DNA of 60,264 nucleotides, the filler included. It is 3 parts of 3 records of this genome, joined end to end, with 100 filler letters (N's around TTAATTAATTAA, not from the genome) between each part and the next. Parts side by side here need not be neighbours in the genome. Positions count along the whole stretch, not along the records: positions 1 to 21,051 come from DRR723986_11247; positions 21,152 to 52,913 come from DRR723986_11251; 1 more part is not named here. One strand, written 5' to 3'. Below the pieces are notes generated by a model that saw nothing but the letters and a program-made list of their open reading frames with translations, ran no database searches and had not been told where the DNA came from. How positions within the stretch are numbered: position 1 is the stretch's first letter; each line of letters opens with the position of its first letter. Of the stretch, positions 19,766 to 30,507 are shown in pieces. A program made the translations under genes and the position numbers.

Positions 19766-21001
19766 ATGTACAAAACGCCATTCGATATCGATTTTGTCCG
19801 TTCACAGTTTCCGGGCTTGCAAACCCCCTGGGCACTTTTTGACAATGCCGGTGGATCACAAATTGCCACGCAGGCAATTGACCGGGTTACCGACTACCTG
19901 CGTCAGACAAATGTGCAGCATGGCGCCTCCTATGAACTCTCACGCGAAGCCGCGTCACGCGTGGAAAATGGCATTGAAGTTGTCCGCGAATTCCTGAATG
20001 TGGACGAAGCCTGTGAAATTGTAGCCGGTTCCTCCGCCTCCCAGCTGCTTACGAATCTGAGCCTGGCCATGCGCCAGTGGATTCGTCCGGGCGATGAAAT
20101 CATCGTCACAAACCTGGACCACGAAGCCAATATTACGCCCTGGCTGCGCCTGGCCGATTACGGCGCTACAATCAAATTCTGGAAGGTTAACCCAGAGACC
20201 CTCAGCCTGGAGCTGGAAGACTTGCAGCAGCTGTTGACCGAGCGCACGCGCCTCGTCTGCGTCACTCAAACCTCAAACATTACAGGCGAAATTGTGGCGC
20301 TGCGGCCGATTGCCGATATGGTGCATGCCGCCGATGCCTACCTCTGCGTTGACGGCGTAGCCTACGCGCCGCACCGCCTGCCGGATATTGCCGAGCAGGG
20401 CGCCGACATCTACACTTACAGCCAGTACAAAGTCTACGGTCCACACGTCGGCATGCTCTACGTACGCCGCAGTTTGATGGAACAGCTCGGCAATATCAAT
20501 CACTATTTTCATGCCGACAGCCTGCCCTACAAACTGCAGCCCGGCGGCGTAGTTTATGAACTGATCGCCGGAATTTGTGGTGTGGCCGACTACCTTGAGG
20601 CCTTGTCCGATTCCATCGGCAATCCAAAGGACGCAACGCGGCGTGCCAAGTTCCAGCATGCCTTTGACGCCATTCGCATCCACGAAGGCCGCCTCAATAG
20701 CATCATGGTCAGCTATTTACAGTCGCGGCCCGACGTTGATATCATTGGGCCAAATGAGTCCGACCCTGACGTGCGCGTCTGCACCGTGTCGATGGCATTT
20801 AAAAACATGGCGTCGGCAGACGTCACGCAGCGCCTGGAAGACGCGCACATTGCCGTGCGTAATGGGCATTTTTACGCAGCGCGCCTGGTTGAGTCAATGG
20901 GTATCTCGGACCCTGGTGGACTCGTGCGTGTTTCGCTGGCGCATTATAACAGCGCCGACGAGCTGGACACGCTGATTAGCATTCTCGACACCTGTCGCTA
21001 A
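19766..21001 (+). CDS. Cysteine desulfurase-like protein (aminotransferase class V)
   Basis: VRSQFPGL, FDNAGGSQ, LDHEANITPW, VDGVAYAPH, SQYKVYGPH, RVSLAHYN. Confidence 0.92.
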   Translation: MYKTPFDIDFVRSQFPGLQTPWALFDNAGGSQIATQAIDRVTDYLRQTNVQHGASYELSREAASRVENGIEVVREFLNVDEACEIVAGSSASQLLTNLSLAMRQWIRPGDEIIVTNLDHEANITPWLRLADYGATIKFWKVNPETLSLELEDLQQLLTERTRLVCVTQTSNITGEIVALRPIADMVHAADAYLCVDGVAYAPHRLPDIAEQGADIYTYSQYKVYGPHVGMLYVRRSLMEQLGNINHYFHADSLPYKLQPGGVVYELIAGICGVADYLEALSDSIGNPKDATRRAKFQHAFDAIRIHEGRLNSIMVSYLQSRPDVDIIGPNESDPDVRVCTVSMAFKNMASADVTQRLEDAHIAVRNGHFYAARLVESMGISDPGGLVRVSLAHYNSADELDTLISILDTCR

Positions 21002-21051
21002 TTGTGCGACTTCTGCATTCCGGTACAGTGCAAAACAAAAGCGGATTTAAA

Positions 21052-21151
21052 NNNNNNNNNNNNNNNNNNNNNNNNNNNNNNNNNNNNNNNNNNNNTTAAT
21101 TAATTAANNNNNNNNNNNNNNNNNNNNNNNNNNNNNNNNNNNNNNNNNNNN
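21052..21151. other. Artificial contig-joining spacer
   Basis: N-runs around TTAATTAATTAA (stops in all six frames); composition changes abruptly across it. Confidence 0.97.
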
Positions 21152-21207
21152 TTTTAAATTTTTCATTTTAAATTCTCAATTTTTCCATTTTAAATTAAAA
21201 AAAAAAA

Positions 21208-22137
21208 GTGCTCCTCTCAATCATCTCTCCAGTTTACCAAGCCGAATCGCTTCTGCAGGAACTTGTAGAAAGAATTCGTCAGGCAGTTTCCGGAATTACC
21301 GATTCCTATGAAATTATTCTAGTTGAAGATGCCAGCAAGGATAATTCCTGGAATAAAATCGAAGAATTAGCATCTAGATTTCCCGAAATCAAAGGAATCA
21401 AGCTTTCCCGCAACTTCGGGCAACACTATGCCATCACCGCAGGTCTGGATGCAGCAAAAGGGGAGTGGATTGTCGTTATGGACTGCGACCTGCAGGATAG
21501 ACCAGAGGAAATTCCAAATCTTTACCAGGAAGCCCAAAAAGGATTTGATGTGGTGTTGGCTAAAAGAGAAAACAGGCAAGATGGATTTTTCAAAAGACTC
21601 TCTTCCAAGGTCTTCTACAGGACTTTGGCCTGGCTTACAGGGTCCAAACAGGACGAGAGCATAGCCAATTTCGGAGTCTATCACCGCAAGGTGGTCAATG
21701 AGATCATAGGAATGCGGGAGTCCATCCGCTATTTTCCCACCATGGTGAAATGGGTAGGTTTTCGGCAAACAGCCATTCCGGTGGTCCATGCTGAAAATGG
21801 AGACAGAGGAAGTACCTACAACCTTAAAAGGTTGTTTAATCTTGCCTTGGATATCATGCTGGCATATTCAGATAAACCTATTCGATTGACTGTCAAACTA
21901 GGAATGCTGGTAGCCCTCACAGGGTTCCTTTTTGCCCTATATACCCTGTATAGATATTTGGATGGGGATATCATTGTGGCCGGTTATGCTTCCCTGATTA
22001 TCTCCATTTGGATGCTTACAGGCTTTCTACTAATTACCCTAGGAATGGTAGGACTATACATCGGTAAAACCTTCGAAGGAGTGAAAAACCGACCGATTTA
22101 TATTGTGGAGACAAGAATTTCAAGAGATAAGACCTAA
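21208..22137 (+). CDS. GT2 glycosyltransferase, GtrB/ArnC-like (polyprenol-phosphate glycosyltransferase)
   Basis: LSRNFGQHYAITAGL, MDCDLQDRPE, two C-terminal TM helices, RPIYIV. Confidence 0.92.
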   Translation: MLLSIISPVYQAESLLQELVERIRQAVSGITDSYEIILVEDASKDNSWNKIEELASRFPEIKGIKLSRNFGQHYAITAGLDAAKGEWIVVMDCDLQDRPEEIPNLYQEAQKGFDVVLAKRENRQDGFFKRLSSKVFYRTLAWLTGSKQDESIANFGVYHRKVVNEIIGMRESIRYFPTMVKWVGFRQTAIPVVHAENGDRGSTYNLKRLFNLALDIMLAYSDKPIRLTVKLGMLVALTGFLFALYTLYRYLDGDIIVAGYASLIISIWMLTGFLLITLGMVGLYIGKTFEGVKNRPIYIVETRISRDKT

Positions 22138-22230
22138 GACCTAAGACTCAAGACATAAGACAGAAGACATCAGACAGAAGAGATAAGACAGAGGAAGAAG
22201 ACACTAGAGATAAGACACAAGAATCAAGAC
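22122..22230. repeat. Degenerate 7-bp tandem array (AAGACNN family)
   Basis: aagagat aagacct aagacct aagactc aagacat aagacag aagacat ... Confidence 0.9.
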
Positions 22231-22315
22231 TTGTTCTCAGCAACGCATCACTATCCATTTTAAATTCATTTTATTTTACATTTTAAATTTATATTCCAAC
22301 CATCCAAAAAAAAAC

Positions 22316-22368
22316 GTACACCATAATGTACAATAGTTCTATATATTTGTACATCATGATAAACAATA
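22316..22368 (+). promoter_or_regulatory. Promoter with flanking 20-bp imperfect direct repeats
   Basis: TATATTTG -7 element at 22342-22349; GTACACCATAATGTACAATA (22316) and GTACATCATGATAAACAATA (22349). Confidence 0.6.
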
Positions 22369-23559
22369 ATGCAAGTCCTCTACGAACTCTATAGAAAACT
22401 TCTCACCAAAACAGACTTAGGTTTTCAAAGAAGTCTTATAGAAGATATTCATTGGAACAAACGTTTGATTGGAATTACTGGCGCAAGGGGAGTTGGTAAA
22501 ACCACCTTAATTCTCCAATATTTAAAAAATGAATTTTTGGGTAGGGAAGAGCAATCCCTCTATGTATCACTAGATCATATTTGGTTTGCTACCAATTCCT
22601 TAATCGATCTTGCAGATCAATTTTCCAAGCAAGGAGGAATACAATTGGTACTGGATGAAGTTCATAAGTATCCCAATTGGTCCAAAGAAATAAAAAATAT
22701 CCATGATTTTTATCCTGAGATAAAGCTAATATTCACAGGTTCATCTTTGTTGGAGATACTTAATGCTTCGGCAGATCTAAGCAGAAGAGCCTTTATCTAT
22801 CAGATGCAAGGACTTTCATTTCGGGAATATGTGAATCTGCAGACAGGATTAAAAATTCCCAGAATCAGCCTAGAGGAACTATTCACTAATCATGCAGCAT
22901 TAGCAAGTAAAATATCCAGTCAAGTTAGGCCTTTACAATATTTTCCAGCCTACCTAGAAAATGGATATTACCCTTTCTACCGTGAATTCGATGACTTTAC
23001 AGCACATCAGATTAGAGCTGTAGTTAATTTAATCCTGGAAGTAGAACTTCCCCAACTAAGAAAATTTGATATAGCTTACGTTCCAAAGATCAAGCAACTA
23101 CTAAGTATCATTTCAGACTCAGTTCCATTTATTCCCAACGTATCTAAGCTAAGTCAGAAAATAGGTATCAATCGTACCACACTGCTTACCTATCTGAACT
23201 ACCTGCATGAAAGCAAGTTGACCACTAATTTATATTCATCCAGTTCAGGGATTTCTCTTTTGCAAAAGCCCGAAAAACTCTACCTGGAAAATACAAATTT
23301 AGCTTACTCGCTAGGTAGCAACGTCGATATCGGCAACCTTAGAGAAACGTTCTTTTTGAATCAACTGACACATAGCCATTCAGTTACTCTGCCAGCAGAC
23401 GCAAATTTTAGAATAGATCAAACCTGGACAGTGGAAGTTGGAGGGAAAAACAAAAAATTGCCAGATTTAAGTTTAACTGATCATTATATCGCTGCAGAGG
23501 GTATTGAAATAGGTCTTGGTACAAAAATTCCCCTTTGGTTGTTTGGGTATCTATATTAA
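22369..23559 (+). CDS. AAA+ ATPase (AAA_14/DUF4143-type)
   Basis: GARGVGKTT Walker A, LVLDEVH Walker B, FTGSS, KPEKLYLENTN, RETFF, VEVGGKNK. Confidence 0.88.
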   Translation: MQVLYELYRKLLTKTDLGFQRSLIEDIHWNKRLIGITGARGVGKTTLILQYLKNEFLGREEQSLYVSLDHIWFATNSLIDLADQFSKQGGIQLVLDEVHKYPNWSKEIKNIHDFYPEIKLIFTGSSLLEILNASADLSRRAFIYQMQGLSFREYVNLQTGLKIPRISLEELFTNHAALASKISSQVRPLQYFPAYLENGYYPFYREFDDFTAHQIRAVVNLILEVELPQLRKFDIAYVPKIKQLLSIISDSVPFIPNVSKLSQKIGINRTTLLTYLNYLHESKLTTNLYSSSSGISLLQKPEKLYLENTNLAYSLGSNVDIGNLRETFFLNQLTHSHSVTLPADANFRIDQTWTVEVGGKNKKLPDLSLTDHYIAAEGIEIGLGTKIPLWLFGYLY

Positions 23560-23566
23560 ATCAGCT

Positions 23567-24012
23567 AGAATAGAGAACTAAGAATCAAGATCCAAGAACC
23601 ATTGAATCAGTTGTTAGTTTTATATCGTCAGTAACCCGAGATCAACCACCAACCAACACCTGTCCACCGTGCCTGTGCGCAGAGGCGTAGCGGAACCAAC
23701 ACCTGTCCGTGGCGGAACTAACAACTAACAACTAACAACTTACAACTTACAACAACCACCAACCCCAACTAAAAACCAATAAAATTTGCGAATCCAACCC
23801 AACCGAGTAAATTTATTACTCAGTCAACCCCTAGCCCCTAAAATGGGAGTGAAAGGGCGAAGCTGTGCCCGCCGAAGGCGGAATGAAGAATTTAAAATGT
23901 TATTAATTTCAAATTAGACCCTCATGTGATATGGTTCTCGAATCTGGGTCATTTTAAATTTTAAATTCTCAATTTTAAATTCTCTTCATTTTCAATTTTA
24001 AATTCTCAATTT
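23567..24012. repeat. Mosaic of heptamer arrays and REP-like palindromes
   Basis: CTAACAA/CTTACAA tandem units, ATTTTAA/ATTCTCA units, CCTGTCC(GCC)GTGGCGGA-type palindromes at 23659, 23702 and about 23867. Confidence 0.85.
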
Positions 24013-24016
24013 ATAA

Positions 24017-25102
24017 GTGATCCCCGTCACCAAACCCTTCCTTCCCCCTAAAGCAGAGTACGACAAGTACCTTGAAGGCATTTGGGAGCGCAACTGGCTC
24101 ACCAATAACGGCCCTCTGGTCAATGAACTCGAACTTAGATTAAAGGAATACCTGGAAGTAAATCACCTGCTATTTGTCAGCAATGGCACCATAGCTTTAC
24201 AGATAGCTATCAAAGCCCTAGAATTACAGGGAGAAATAATTACCACACCATTTTCCTATGTGGCTACAACCAGCAGCATAGTATGGGAGGGATGCACACC
24301 GGTTTATGTGGATATTTTGCCGGAGCAACTGACCATAGATCCTGCAAAGATCGAAGCGGCGATCACTCCTCAAACATCCGCCATCCTCGCTACCCATGTC
24401 TATGGTATTCCCTGTGATGTGGAGGCCATAGCCGAGATTGCAAAGAAGCATAAGCTGAAAGTTATCTACGATGGAGCACATGCCTTCGGAGTAAAAGTAA
24501 ATGGTAAGTCTATTTTCGACTATGGAGATATCAGCACCTGCAGCTTTCACGCAACCAAGGTTTTTCATACCGTAGAAGGAGGTGGAGTTTTCACCAAAGA
24601 GCCTGAACTCCTAAAGAAGATGGCGTTCCTAAGGAACTTCGGTCATGATGGTTTTGAGAACTTTAACGGAGTAGGTATCAATGGCAAGAACTCCGAGTTT
24701 CATGCTGCCATGGGATTAGTGAATCTCCCGTACCTACCTCAGATTCTGGCTAGAAGAGAAGAACAGTGTCAACTATACAAGGAGCTTCTCAGCGGCCTGA
24801 ATATAAGCTTCCCGCAAACCAGAAATATAGAATCATATAACCATTGCTATTTCCCAATCTTATTTGATAATGAAGCAGCATTGATCAGAAGTATGAAACT
24901 ACTTTCCGATAATGGCATAGGAGCCCGCAGATATTTCTATCCAGGACTAAATACCCTCCATTACACCTCAGGATGTACACCAGTCTCTGATCAGATCGCA
25001 GCAAGAGTGCTATGCCTCCCGCTTTACCATACCTTATCTACCGTGGAACAAGGAATGATTTCCAGATTACTCCTCAGAGTTCAAAATAATCCCGCCAAAT
25101 GA
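24017..25102 (+). CDS. DegT/DnrJ/EryC1/StrS sugar aminotransferase (VioA-like)
   Basis: MIPVTKPFLP, WLTNNGP, YDGAHAFG, SFHATKVFHTVEGG, GINGKNSEFHAAMG. Confidence 0.92.
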   Translation: MIPVTKPFLPPKAEYDKYLEGIWERNWLTNNGPLVNELELRLKEYLEVNHLLFVSNGTIALQIAIKALELQGEIITTPFSYVATTSSIVWEGCTPVYVDILPEQLTIDPAKIEAAITPQTSAILATHVYGIPCDVEAIAEIAKKHKLKVIYDGAHAFGVKVNGKSIFDYGDISTCSFHATKVFHTVEGGGVFTKEPELLKKMAFLRNFGHDGFENFNGVGINGKNSEFHAAMGLVNLPYLPQILARREEQCQLYKELLSGLNISFPQTRNIESYNHCYFPILFDNEAALIRSMKLLSDNGIGARRYFYPGLNTLHYTSGCTPVSDQIAARVLCLPLYHTLSTVEQGMISRLLLRVQNNPAK

Positions 25103-25710
25103 TTGTAGCTGGCGCAGGAGGTCACGCCCTAGAACTTTTGGATATTTTAATATCTAATAGTGACACCGAAGAACTATGTTTTTTTGATGAAATTAATGGG
25201 GACGATTTATTTCAAGGAAAATACCCAATTCTTCATTATGATACGGAGGTAAAAAAAGCCTTTCTCGAAGATCCCAGATTCGTCTTAGGAACAGGGAATC
25301 CAAAAGTTCGTCATCACTTTTATCAAAGATTTTCAGGTTTAGGAGGACAGCTTGTATCACTAAAAGGAAAAGGTATAGCCTATAGCAATTTCAGCATAGG
25401 TAATGAAGCTGACATCTTCAATTTATGCTTTATAGGAGCTAATACTCAAATAGGAAAAGGCTGCTTGATTAATACTGGAGCTCAAATTCATCATGAGGTT
25501 GAAATCGGCGATTTCTCTGAGGTGAATCCAGGGGCAGTTTTATTAGGAAAGGTTAAGATTGGAAGTTTCTGCTCCATTGGTGCCAATGCGACAATTCTTC
25601 CTAAAGTGAAAATTGGCAATAGCGTGATTGTTGGAGCTGGTTCGGTGGTCACTCAAGATGTTCCGGATGGAGTGATTGTGATTGGAGTGCCAGGTAGAGT
25701 AGTAAAATGA
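25099..25710 (+). CDS. Hexapeptide-repeat sugar acetyltransferase (NeuD/PglD family)
   Basis: GAGGHA N-terminus, left-handed beta-helix repeats, GAGSVVTQDVP...GVPGR. Confidence 0.9.
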   Translation: MIVAGAGGHALELLDILISNSDTEELCFFDEINGDDLFQGKYPILHYDTEVKKAFLEDPRFVLGTGNPKVRHHFYQRFSGLGGQLVSLKGKGIAYSNFSIGNEADIFNLCFIGANTQIGKGCLINTGAQIHHEVEIGDFSEVNPGAVLLGKVKIGSFCSIGANATILPKVKIGNSVIVGAGSVVTQDVPDGVIVIGVPGRVVK

Positions 25711-26648
25711 GATTAAAAATAGATTTTGTTGATTTCTATAAAGAAATAAATAAAGAGGATAATATTTTTATTAATAATCTCCGAAAGGCTTGTGATGTAG
25801 AGGTGAGTTCAAATCCTGACCTGATTTTTTTTGGTAATTATGGTCAGGAACATTTAAAATATAATTGTTTCAAAATCTTTTATTCATCTGAAAATATAAG
25901 GCCAGATTATAGACTCTGTGATTTTTCTATAACATTTGATTATTTAAATGATTATAGGAATTTTCGACTTCCTTTATATTTTATTCATTTAAAAGAGTTT
26001 TATAATTATGTTAGGAAGGAAGGTTTACAGAACAGAAAAAAGACAAAGTTTTGCAATTTTATTTATTCAAACGAAAGTGCCAATGAGCGAATGAGATTTT
26101 TTGAGATATTATCTCAATACAAGGGTATAGATTCTCCAGGTAAGGTATTAAATAATATGTCCAATGATTTTTCAGGGTTAAGATATGATTATAAATCAAA
26201 GCTTTCATTTATTTCAGAGTATAAATTTACAGTTGCTTTTGAAAATGAGTCCTATCCAGGATATGTTACTGAAAAGATTGTACATCCCTTGTTGGTTGGA
26301 AGTATTCCAATTTACTGGGGGGATCCTTTAATTCATAAAGATTTCAAGACTGACAAATTTATTAATGTTCATGATTTTGGTTCATATAATGAGGTAGTTG
26401 ATTATATAAAAGAAATTGATTCAAATAGTGATCTTTATTATTCTTATTGTAGAGAATTTGACTATCAAATTTCAATGTTGGAAAATAAGGAATTAGAATT
26501 TCGTGATTATTTTATTTCTGTTTTAAGCCATATTCAAAAAAATACCCCGATATCTTCTGGGTTAAGTGGGGACTTAAATAGAATAAGATCTATTTTTTTT
26601 GATGGATTGGATAAAATAAATAATAAGGTGAAAAATATTCTGCGATGA
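25707..26648 (+). CDS. GT10 alpha-1,3/4-fucosyltransferase-like
   Basis: KFCNFIYSN, YKFTVAFENESYPGYVTEKI, IPIYWG. Confidence 0.9.
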   Translation: MRLKIDFVDFYKEINKEDNIFINNLRKACDVEVSSNPDLIFFGNYGQEHLKYNCFKIFYSSENIRPDYRLCDFSITFDYLNDYRNFRLPLYFIHLKEFYNYVRKEGLQNRKKTKFCNFIYSNESANERMRFFEILSQYKGIDSPGKVLNNMSNDFSGLRYDYKSKLSFISEYKFTVAFENESYPGYVTEKIVHPLLVGSIPIYWGDPLIHKDFKTDKFINVHDFGSYNEVVDYIKEIDSNSDLYYSYCREFDYQISMLENKELEFRDYFISVLSHIQKNTPISSGLSGDLNRIRSIFFDGLDKINNKVKNILR

Positions 26649-27361
26649 GATATGTTAGATTAATTATTCCTCCTGTTATTTTTATTCTGATTAGGAAAAT
26701 AAAAATTTTATTTGGTATAGATAGAAATCCAATAAGGTTACTAACGAAAAGTTATTTGGTTGATTCTTACAGTCAATATAATGAAGATTTGATCATTGAT
26801 TCAATTTTAGATAAGTCAACCGGATTTTATGTTGATGTAGGTGCGAACGATCCAGATCATTTAAGTAATACAAAGAGGTTTTATTTAAAAGGGTGGAGAG
26901 GAATAAATATTGAACCGCAGACCTCTAAGATAAATGAATTCCTAAAGAGTCGAGAGAGGGATGTTAATTTAAATATAGGTATTAGTAAAGAAAATAGTTC
27001 ACTTGATTTTTTTGAATTAGAAATTTCCACACTTTCCTCTTTTAGTAAAAAGATTGCTTTAGATAATTGTAGAAGATTTAACATTAAAATTAAACAAGTA
27101 AGGAAAGTTCCTGTTTTAAGATTGGAAAATGTACTATATGATCATCTACCTGCTGATACTGAAATTGATTTCCTTTCTATTGATACAGAAGGGTTTGACT
27201 TGGAGGTGTTAGAAGGAAATAATTGGGAGTTTTTTTCCCCCAAGATTATTATTGTCGAATACGGTAATAAAGTATCTCAGATATTTGAATTTGTGAGAGG
27301 TAAAGGATATTCATTAATCCATAAAAATACTTGCAATTTGATTTTTGTTCGTAATGGTTAA
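26645..27361 (+). CDS. FkbM family methyltransferase
   Basis: SYSQYNED, GFYVDVGANDP, GWRGINIEP, IDFLSIDTEG. Confidence 0.9.
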   Translation: MRYVRLIIPPVIFILIRKIKILFGIDRNPIRLLTKSYLVDSYSQYNEDLIIDSILDKSTGFYVDVGANDPDHLSNTKRFYLKGWRGINIEPQTSKINEFLKSRERDVNLNIGISKENSSLDFFELEISTLSSFSKKIALDNCRRFNIKIKQVRKVPVLRLENVLYDHLPADTEIDFLSIDTEGFDLEVLEGNNWEFFSPKIIIVEYGNKVSQIFEFVRGKGYSLIHKNTCNLIFVRNG

Positions 27362-28160
27362 ACCTCTAGTTTCTGTTTGCATGATTACCTACAATCATGA
27401 GAATTTTTTAGCCCAGGCCATCGAAGGAGTTTTGATGCAGGAAGTTGATTTTGAGGTTGAGTTGATTATTGCTGATGACTGTTCAAATGATAATACTGAA
27501 GATATTATTAAATACTACATAAAATCTCATCCTAAAGGTCACTGGATTAGGTATACGCGACATGAAAAGAACTTAGGGATGATGCCTAACTTTTTATGGT
27601 CAATTGGATGTGCTAAAGGTGAATTTGTCGCTTTGTGTGAGGGTGATGATTATTGGTTGAATCCTCAAAAACTGAGTATTCAAATAAAATTTTTAAAAGG
27701 AAATCCTAAATTTATGTTTTCTTTTCATGATGCTTTTTATTTGAAGAATGAAATAAAAATATTATCCTTTTCTGAAAAGTACTCTTTATTAAATCGAGAA
27801 TCACATGTTTTTTCAATCAAAGATCTTGAGAAGTATAAATGGTTTATTCCGACATGTTCTTTAGTTTTTAGAAATTTCGATTTCCCAAAGTGGTTGGAGC
27901 GATCATCCATAGGTGATTTTTCTCTACAATTAATTTTGAGTGAAAGAGGGGATTTCTATTTTCACAATATGGTATCCGGAGTTTACAGAATACATAAGAA
28001 TGGGGTATCAAACTATATCAATACTTATTCTAATAGATTAAATGATATTACTCTCTGGTTTTGGAATGTTAAAATGTTGAATAAGTTTGTTTTGATTCGG
28101 TGGTATTTTTCTGTTCTATGGAGATTTGTTTTCTATAAATTTTTTAAATTGAAAGTGTAA
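27354..28160 (+). CDS. GT2 glycosyltransferase
   Basis: VSVCMITYNHE, IADDCSND, ALCEGDDYW. Confidence 0.92.
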   Translation: MVKPLVSVCMITYNHENFLAQAIEGVLMQEVDFEVELIIADDCSNDNTEDIIKYYIKSHPKGHWIRYTRHEKNLGMMPNFLWSIGCAKGEFVALCEGDDYWLNPQKLSIQIKFLKGNPKFMFSFHDAFYLKNEIKILSFSEKYSLLNRESHVFSIKDLEKYKWFIPTCSLVFRNFDFPKWLERSSIGDFSLQLILSERGDFYFHNMVSGVYRIHKNGVSNYINTYSNRLNDITLWFWNVKMLNKFVLIRWYFSVLWRFVFYKFFKLKV

Positions 28161-28234
28161 CGAACGTCCATTTCTCTTCAAATGATACATATTTAAACTG
28201 AAAAATATAATAATCTGAACACCTTTGGTGTTTC

Positions 28235-29263
28235 ATGAATTTTATGGTTAAAATCAACTATACCCATCATCAGCAACTCTCTCTATTTTATGCAGGATTA
28301 GAGTTATTAAGAAGGCAAAAAAAAATCAATTTTGAAATTGACTTCCATCAAGATAAATTTATTAAAAGTCCTGTTTTATTCGGTAAAATCAACTCCAAAA
28401 CTTTTTGTATCGATTGCTTAGATGGGTATAATTGGGTTGATGGTTCATCATTTGATAATATTTCATATTTCAAAAATAATATATCTGCTGACTTTATTTT
28501 TAAGCGAAATTTTAAATCTGATCTAATAGCTGCTAATTCAACCTCTACTATTATCCCATTTGGTTTTAATTATCCTATAGGGTTATATGTTCCAATTCAT
28601 TTTATATCTATTAAGAATTTTCTTTCAAACCCTTATTGGACCATACGATATTGGAGACTGTTGTCCGGTTATTTTGATTATAAATCATTTGAATTTCCTC
28701 CTGAAATTCCAAAAAACTTGAATGTTTTATTTCAAGTAAGACTTTGGGATCCATCTGACACAAAAGACCCTGTTAAAAGTGAGCAAAGGAATCAAATGAA
28801 TTTATTCCGGATCAACTGTGTCCGTTCGCTTAGAAAATGTTTTCCTTCTCATGCTGTGGCTGGTGTTGAAGATTCTGAATACGCTAAATCATTATGCCCG
28901 GATTTGATTATTTCGAAAAATAGAACCTCGCGGACTAATTATTTCAACCTGATCCGTGAATGCGCCATAGGTGGTACTAGCAATGGTCTTCATCATTCTA
29001 CTGGTTGGAAGATGGGTGAATATATAGCAGCCTCAAGGGCAATTGTTTGTGAGCGTCCTTATTTTCTGGTCCCTCCCCATTTTTTAGAAGGGCAAAACTA
29101 TTTAGGTTTTTCAACCCCAGAAGAATTGGAAATTCAGGTTGATACTCTTTTGTCGCAGCCTCGCTATCTAAAATCTATGATGAAAGAAAACCAATATTAT
29201 TACCAAGAATACCAGAGGCCAGATCGTTTGGTATGGCATATTCTGGAGAGAATGGGTATATGA
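28235..29263 (+). CDS. Polysaccharide-biosynthesis protein, probable GT-B glycosyltransferase
   Basis: Operon context; C-terminal GLHHSTGWKMGEYIAASRAIV resembles a GT-B donor-binding region. Confidence 0.6.
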   Translation: MNFMVKINYTHHQQLSLFYAGLELLRRQKKINFEIDFHQDKFIKSPVLFGKINSKTFCIDCLDGYNWVDGSSFDNISYFKNNISADFIFKRNFKSDLIAANSTSTIIPFGFNYPIGLYVPIHFISIKNFLSNPYWTIRYWRLLSGYFDYKSFEFPPEIPKNLNVLFQVRLWDPSDTKDPVKSEQRNQMNLFRINCVRSLRKCFPSHAVAGVEDSEYAKSLCPDLIISKNRTSRTNYFNLIRECAIGGTSNGLHHSTGWKMGEYIAASRAIVCERPYFLVPPHFLEGQNYLGFSTPEELEIQVDTLLSQPRYLKSMMKENQYYYQEYQRPDRLVWHILERMGI

Positions 29264-30507
29264 AAAAAATAATTCAAGTATCCGATCTCAGTAAACGATA
29301 CCGGATAGGATTAAAAGAAAATCAAGCTAAAACTTTAGTAGGACAAATATCTAAAGCTATCCGATCGCCATGGAAAAATTTCAGGGAACTTCGCCAAATG
29401 AGCAGGTTTGATATCGAAGATGAATCTGTTTTTTGGGCATTAAAGGATATCAGCTTTGAGGTCAATGAAGGGGAGGTTCTAGGGATTATTGGGAAAAATG
29501 GAGCAGGAAAATCTACCTTGCTCAAGATCCTTTCTCAAATCACTGAACCTACTACAGGAAAAATTGAAATCCGTGGACGTGTGGCTTCATTACTTGAAGT
29601 AGGCACTGGCTTTCATCCTGAGCTTTCGGGGCGTGAAAATATCTATATGAACGGGACTATATTAGGAATGACCCGTAGGGAGATAGATTCCAAGCTTGAT
29701 GAAATCATAGATTTCTCAGGAGTAGAGAAATTTATTGATACCGCTGTAAAATTCTATTCCTCAGGCATGAAAGTTCGTTTGGGTTTTTCCGTAGCTGCCC
29801 ATTTAGAGCCTGAGATTTTGATTATTGATGAGGTACTTGCTGTAGGAGATTATGAGTTCCAAGCTAAATGTTTGGGGAAAATGAATCAAATCAGTAATCA
29901 ACAAGGGAGGACTGTGCTATTTGTCAGTCATAATATGGATGCCATAGAATCTTTATGCAGCAGAGTTGTTCTATTAAATAATGGCATGTCATCCGACTCG
30001 GGTTCTCCACATAAAATAATAAGGAAATATTTGGATAATAGTATTAATTTAAATCAATTTTATTCAAGTGATTTTAGATATGATAATGACTATATAGGAA
30101 AGGTGAAAATTTCATTAATTGAAAATACTTCGACTTTTTCTTGGAAAGAGGATATAATAATAAATATTGATTTTGAAATTTTGACAAATGATATTGAATT
30201 TAATTTTAGTTTGAAGTTATTTTCACAATTCAAAGGATGTATCTTTAATGCGTTTAGTCAAATGCCTCCTCCAGTATTGGATAAAGGGTCTCACAAAGCA
30301 TCTTTCACAATCCCAGGCTACTTACTTAATAAAGGAATATATTATATTGACCTTTTTTTTGTTAAAAATACCTCTGTTCCTCTTTTAGAAATAAACCATG
30401 TCCTTGAATTTGAAATTTCAGAAATCAAATATGAAGGTATGAATTGGTTTGGCGAAATTCCTGGATCAGTGCATTTGAAATTTGATTTTCCTATCTATGA
30501 AAAGTAG
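29260..30507 (+). CDS. wzt: Polysaccharide ABC transporter ATP-binding protein with Wzt C-terminal domain
   Basis: GKNGAGKSTLLK, LLEVGTGFHPELSGREN, YSSGMKVRLGF, IIDEVLAVGD. Confidence 0.93.
   Translation: MKKIIQVSDLSKRYRIGLKENQAKTLVGQISKAIRSPWKNFRELRQMSRFDIEDESVFWALKDISFEVNEGEVLGIIGKNGAGKSTLLKILSQITEPTTGKIEIRGRVASLLEVGTGFHPELSGRENIYMNGTILGMTRREIDSKLDEIIDFSGVEKFIDTAVKFYSSGMKVRLGFSVAAHLEPEILIIDEVLAVGDYEFQAKCLGKMNQISNQQGRTVLFVSHNMDAIESLCSRVVLLNNGMSSDSGSPHKIIRKYLDNSINLNQFYSSDFRYDNDYIGKVKISLIENTSTFSWKEDIIINIDFEILTNDIEFNFSLKLFSQFKGCIFNAFSQMPPPVLDKGSHKASFTIPGYLLNKGIYYIDLFFVKNTSVPLLEINHVLEFEISEIKYEGMNWFGEIPGSVHLKFDFPIYEK

Noticed and set aside
21096-21107. TTAATTAATTAA as a biological motif
   Set aside because: It is embedded in N-runs and repeated identically at the second junction, so it is an assembly linker.
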